64,000 nucleotides of DNA from Ginglymostoma cirratum. Taxonomy: Eukaryota. Shown piece by piece: positions 60,301-64,000 of the stretch (within the stretch, counting starts at the first letter, position 1; each line of letters opens with the position of its first letter). The notes under the pieces were generated by a model that was given only the letters and a program-made list of their open reading frames with translations, was not told the DNA's origin and did no database searches. The position numbers were made by a program, and so were the translations under genes. The DNA is taken from positions 3,311,227 to 3,375,226 of the forward strand of contig JAHRHZ010000122.1 in NCBI GenBank assembly GCA_024137785.1, written 5' to 3'.

Positions 60301-62962
60301 GAAACTGCGACAATTAATGATGATAAAAGAACTAGATGGGGAAGAGAAACAATGTTCAAATCAATATACTTTCACTTGCAGCTTTGATGGCAAGATCATA
60401 GAGCCAGGACCAAAGTATCAAATAGATCAACAGAAACAGACAAAAAGATACTGTAACGGAGAAGACAGAATTAGTGATGAGAGAGCAATCGGTGATGTGA
60501 CAGAAACTTTGCTTTGTACACTGCTCAATGGCTATTAGAAGGGTCTCCGTATAAACATTGTTGAGTGACTCAAACTTTATACAGCTAAATTATTGATTAA
60601 GATTGTTATTTAGCACAGTTAAAAGGTCAAGTTTTTTTTTCCCCCAGATTATGTTGCAAGGTTGATATTTGTTGCCGGTCAGTGGTTGCCCTGGAGAAGC
60701 TGGTGATTGCCTTCTTCTTGATTGCTGCATCTCTAAGCACCCTACAATGCTTTGCACTTCCAGTTCCAGGACACTGATCCTGCAACTCTCACAAAGGCAA
60801 CTTTGGTGGCAATTAATAACCCTTCAGTCTTATAGATCCCACTGACCTGAAGCGCTATAGGAGTTTAAATTCCAGTATACTTCCCATTTGGAGTAAGATA
60901 TCTAATTTTAATGAGATAAGAAAATGATCCAATATCCACAAAAAAAATCTCTTCTGTTCCTGCTACCTGTTGTGACCAACGGCCCTGGCATCCCCACCAA
61001 CACAGCTGATACAAACTGAAGTTTAACTGGCAATGTCAAGCTAATTGTTTCATTTTACGTTTCCTCCTGGAGGCCACCCACATGAAGCATCTCAGCTCAT
61101 CACAAAACACCAATTACAAGACCACCATCAATCTCATGTTTGAGTGGCTACTTGAAAACACAAACTAAGCAGAATCAGATGTCAAATTAGGAACAATTGA
61201 GCAATACGTCATATCTATACGTTTTTCTATGTACTAGTTACAAGTCAACCTTGACAGTTGTCAATTGGGAATTATCCATTACATAGAGCAAAAAGCCATA
61301 GGCATCAAAATAAGGACCTTGCTTAGTCCTGAAAATAAGGTTCACATAAATTCAGCTCCATGTTGGTTTCATACAGGATTATGAATTTCCCTTTTGGCAT
61401 CCTTTCTGCATTCTCTCCATGTGTCCCCACCAACCTCCGCTTTACTTCTGAAGGCAATGCTGGATTACAATTCCATAGACCCCAGCAACTATTTTGAACC
61501 ACATCCAAATAACCATTGTTCACATAATCTTGATAATTAGTACTAGCAGGACAATTAGCTATGTGGGAGGACATGAAGACTCAGCCAGATCCTGTCTTTT
61601 TTCCTGTCATCCGTAATCTTCAGCAGGAATAGGCAGCTCTTAAATGCTCTTCCCTTACAAGCACTGAGGTCAATTGTACCATATCAAGTTAGCTGGATAT
61701 TGATTAAGAACTTAAATTTCAACTTCCTTGAAATGCAAAATGCAGAATCACACTACAACAACATTAAGTTTCTGAAGCCCATGCAAAGAATCTATGCGAG
61801 GCAGAATTTGACTTTTTAAGTTTAGAATTATAAGATTAATTTAATGGAAACCATCTCTGAAGTAAGTGCAGACAAGAAGCAAAAGGAATGAGATTGTATC
61901 CCTATCTCTTAGCTTCCTGCTGAAGTTCAGCCTCCGCCCTTTTGTTGAAAATCATTCCTTCGACTAAGCCTTTAAATCCAGTTTAGCAAAGGGTGAATTT
62001 GTGCTAAAGTCACTGTCTTATATATATTTTTATCAGCAACACGAGCTGTTAGGGAGTCAGCAACTTCAGCCATTAAGGAAAGGAGGCACAGGAAAATAGG
62101 AACAAACAACACAAAAGTAGAAAACCTGCAAACACAAGAAATGCTTTAGGAATGGCAAAATTTAGTGAAATGGGTAAACAGCTGGCCAGTACAACTTGAC
62201 GTGGAGAAGTGCAAGTTACTACATTCTGGGAGGAAAAACAAAGAGTGAGAATACAGTGTTCAAAACTTTGCAGACAGGTACAACCAAACAAAATGATTTA
62301 TGGGGTTCAACTGTACAATTCCTAGAGACTAAACAAAATCACAAAAAGCCTCAATAGCATTTTGAGATTAATAAATAATAACGTGATAAACTTTCACAAT
62401 TCTATGGATTTAGAAGGCAAAAAGTAAAGGCACAGATCAAGAGAGAGGGGAGACAGCCAAGCTGAGGAGTTCTAAACAAAATGAAAATAAACAAAAAGAG
62501 AGTACTGGAGTATTCAAGCGACACAATACATAGCTCATTATAAACAGACCATATGTTTTTGCTTAGAAGGTTTATTCAGCAACTTGCAACAATTTTAATG
62601 CAGAAAATGAACTTCAAGTCACCTCACAAACATAATTTCCCTTATGTGGAGAATAATATGGCTTCCAAATTAACTAGTCAGTTCACTATTCCTTGGCAAA
62701 CATCCACACTCTGCACCTGCTGTCAGTTTATATTGCACATGGTTCCTAACTAGCAGGTGAAAAAGTGGAATGCTTACAACTTTTTCAGTGCAAAAGAAAA
62801 GCTAGCAAAAAGAACGACCATACAACATTGAGTTACTTCATAAAGCTTAGTTATCAAACTGCTATCTTGGGGTGCTGACCACATTAATCGGATAGGTGAC
62901 AGTTGAGGGAAAAACATTCTGAGTGACTTTGAGAATATACAAACATCAGATAATTAACTTAC

Positions 62963-63027
62963 CTAATGTCAATTCTCCTGAATGGATAATCACTACCATC
63001 ACTATCATCTGGCAATCGGCAAACACC
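62963..63027 (-). CDS. POLB: DNA polymerase beta, third-last exon (human exon 12 equivalent): GVCRLPDDSDGSDYPFRRIDIR
   Basis: 65 nt with cag| acceptor and AG|gtaag donor on the minus strand; contains RRIDIR with the third catalytic aspartate (D256 in human numbering). Translated by hand. Confidence 0.93.
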
Positions 63028-64000
63028 CTGTTGAAGAAGGAAAGGCAAAGAAAGAGTTGGCAAAACACAATGGCTCCAGAGATAATGAGAGAATAATACC
63101 GCACAGGAGGAATCTCATCTTGCCCATCACGTTTGTATCACAGAAAAGAACGCCACTTTCTCAACATAAAAACAGAAATTCCGGAGAAACCCAGCAAGTA
63201 TGGCAGCATCTGAGGACAGAAAACAGAATTATGATTCAAGTCCAATGACCGCTTTTTAGAACTGCCCTGGAAGTTGCCCATCATGATCTCTGCAGTTACT
63301 AGGCACATTCAAGGCTACCGCTCCTTCACTCACAAAGCCAATTATAAGGAGAGTGCCATTATTTAGTCCACAGGGCAACTACAGCAAAGTAACGAAATAA
63401 CATTTCAATAAGTAGCAACGCTGCATTTTTGTGACTGAAGTCTCCCCATGTGATTCTTTACAATCAAATGCAGAAAGATTATCAAAGTCAGTGGGAAGTA
63501 GTGGCATGCAACAACTAGTGGAAAATGGCTTTGAAACCTGATGTGCAAGTGGTCTTGAGTCAGGGCAACCATGAGGTAGGTTTGTAAAACATATTAATAC
63601 AGAACAGATGAAAGTTGCTGAGTTGGCAATTGACAACCCCAAAGAGGAAGACATTTTTTAAAATGGTTAAAAATAGTTGACTATTTCAGTCTTCTCTTGC
63701 ATACTTTTTCCAAACTAATTACAGGTGGTAGAGGCAGAAAATGTAGCTCAGCACACATAGTTCAAGATCAGGCAATAAATGCTTCATTCTTGGTATTTAT
63801 TTTGATAGTTTTGAGTGTGTTCATGTAATTTTACTTGTTATTTTATGTGGATTGTTAACAACTTTAGTTTTCGTCAATGCATGACTGCTGATTTGCAAAT
63901 CAGACTGCAAATTTTACAAGTCGTGGAACAAAATAACATGTCTAACAATGAAAAGATACGATGCAATGCATACCAAAGTGTTTAAATCCAGCTTATAACT

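Overview
Vertebrate genomic DNA, very probably from a cartilaginous fish (shark). This is inferred from the HE1/V-SINE-type SINEs, abundant CR1 LINEs and Penelope-type terminal repeats; I cannot assign the species. The window holds two convergent protein-coding genes. (1) A complete four-exon Dickkopf gene on + (CDS 19686-19805, 25505-25655, 33992-34159, 40800-41053; 230 aa) reads as DKK4: signal peptide, ALVLDSNNIRSS, and two 10-cysteine domains. (2) The last three coding exons of DNA polymerase beta lie on - (63027-62963, 57153-57014, 45206-45112). This is the same tail-to-tail POLB/DKK4 arrangement as in mammals. The rest is mostly transposon-derived: nested and truncated CR1-group LINEs, SINEs, a probable solo LTR, and a PIF/Harbinger element with TIRs, a 3-bp TSD and a decayed Myb/SANT ORF. 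The most striking non-genic signal is about a dozen short, mostly self-inverted insertions from at least three families of Penelope-like element termini. Most have 11-17 bp target-site duplications, and the less-truncated copies carry a minimal type I hammerhead-ribozyme-like core (CUGANGA-A-stem II-GAAA-helix III-UH) whose stem II differs between families but stays paired. A 400-N gap sits at the centre of one such palindrome and is probably an assembly artefact. All calls were made by eye from the sequence; no searches were run.
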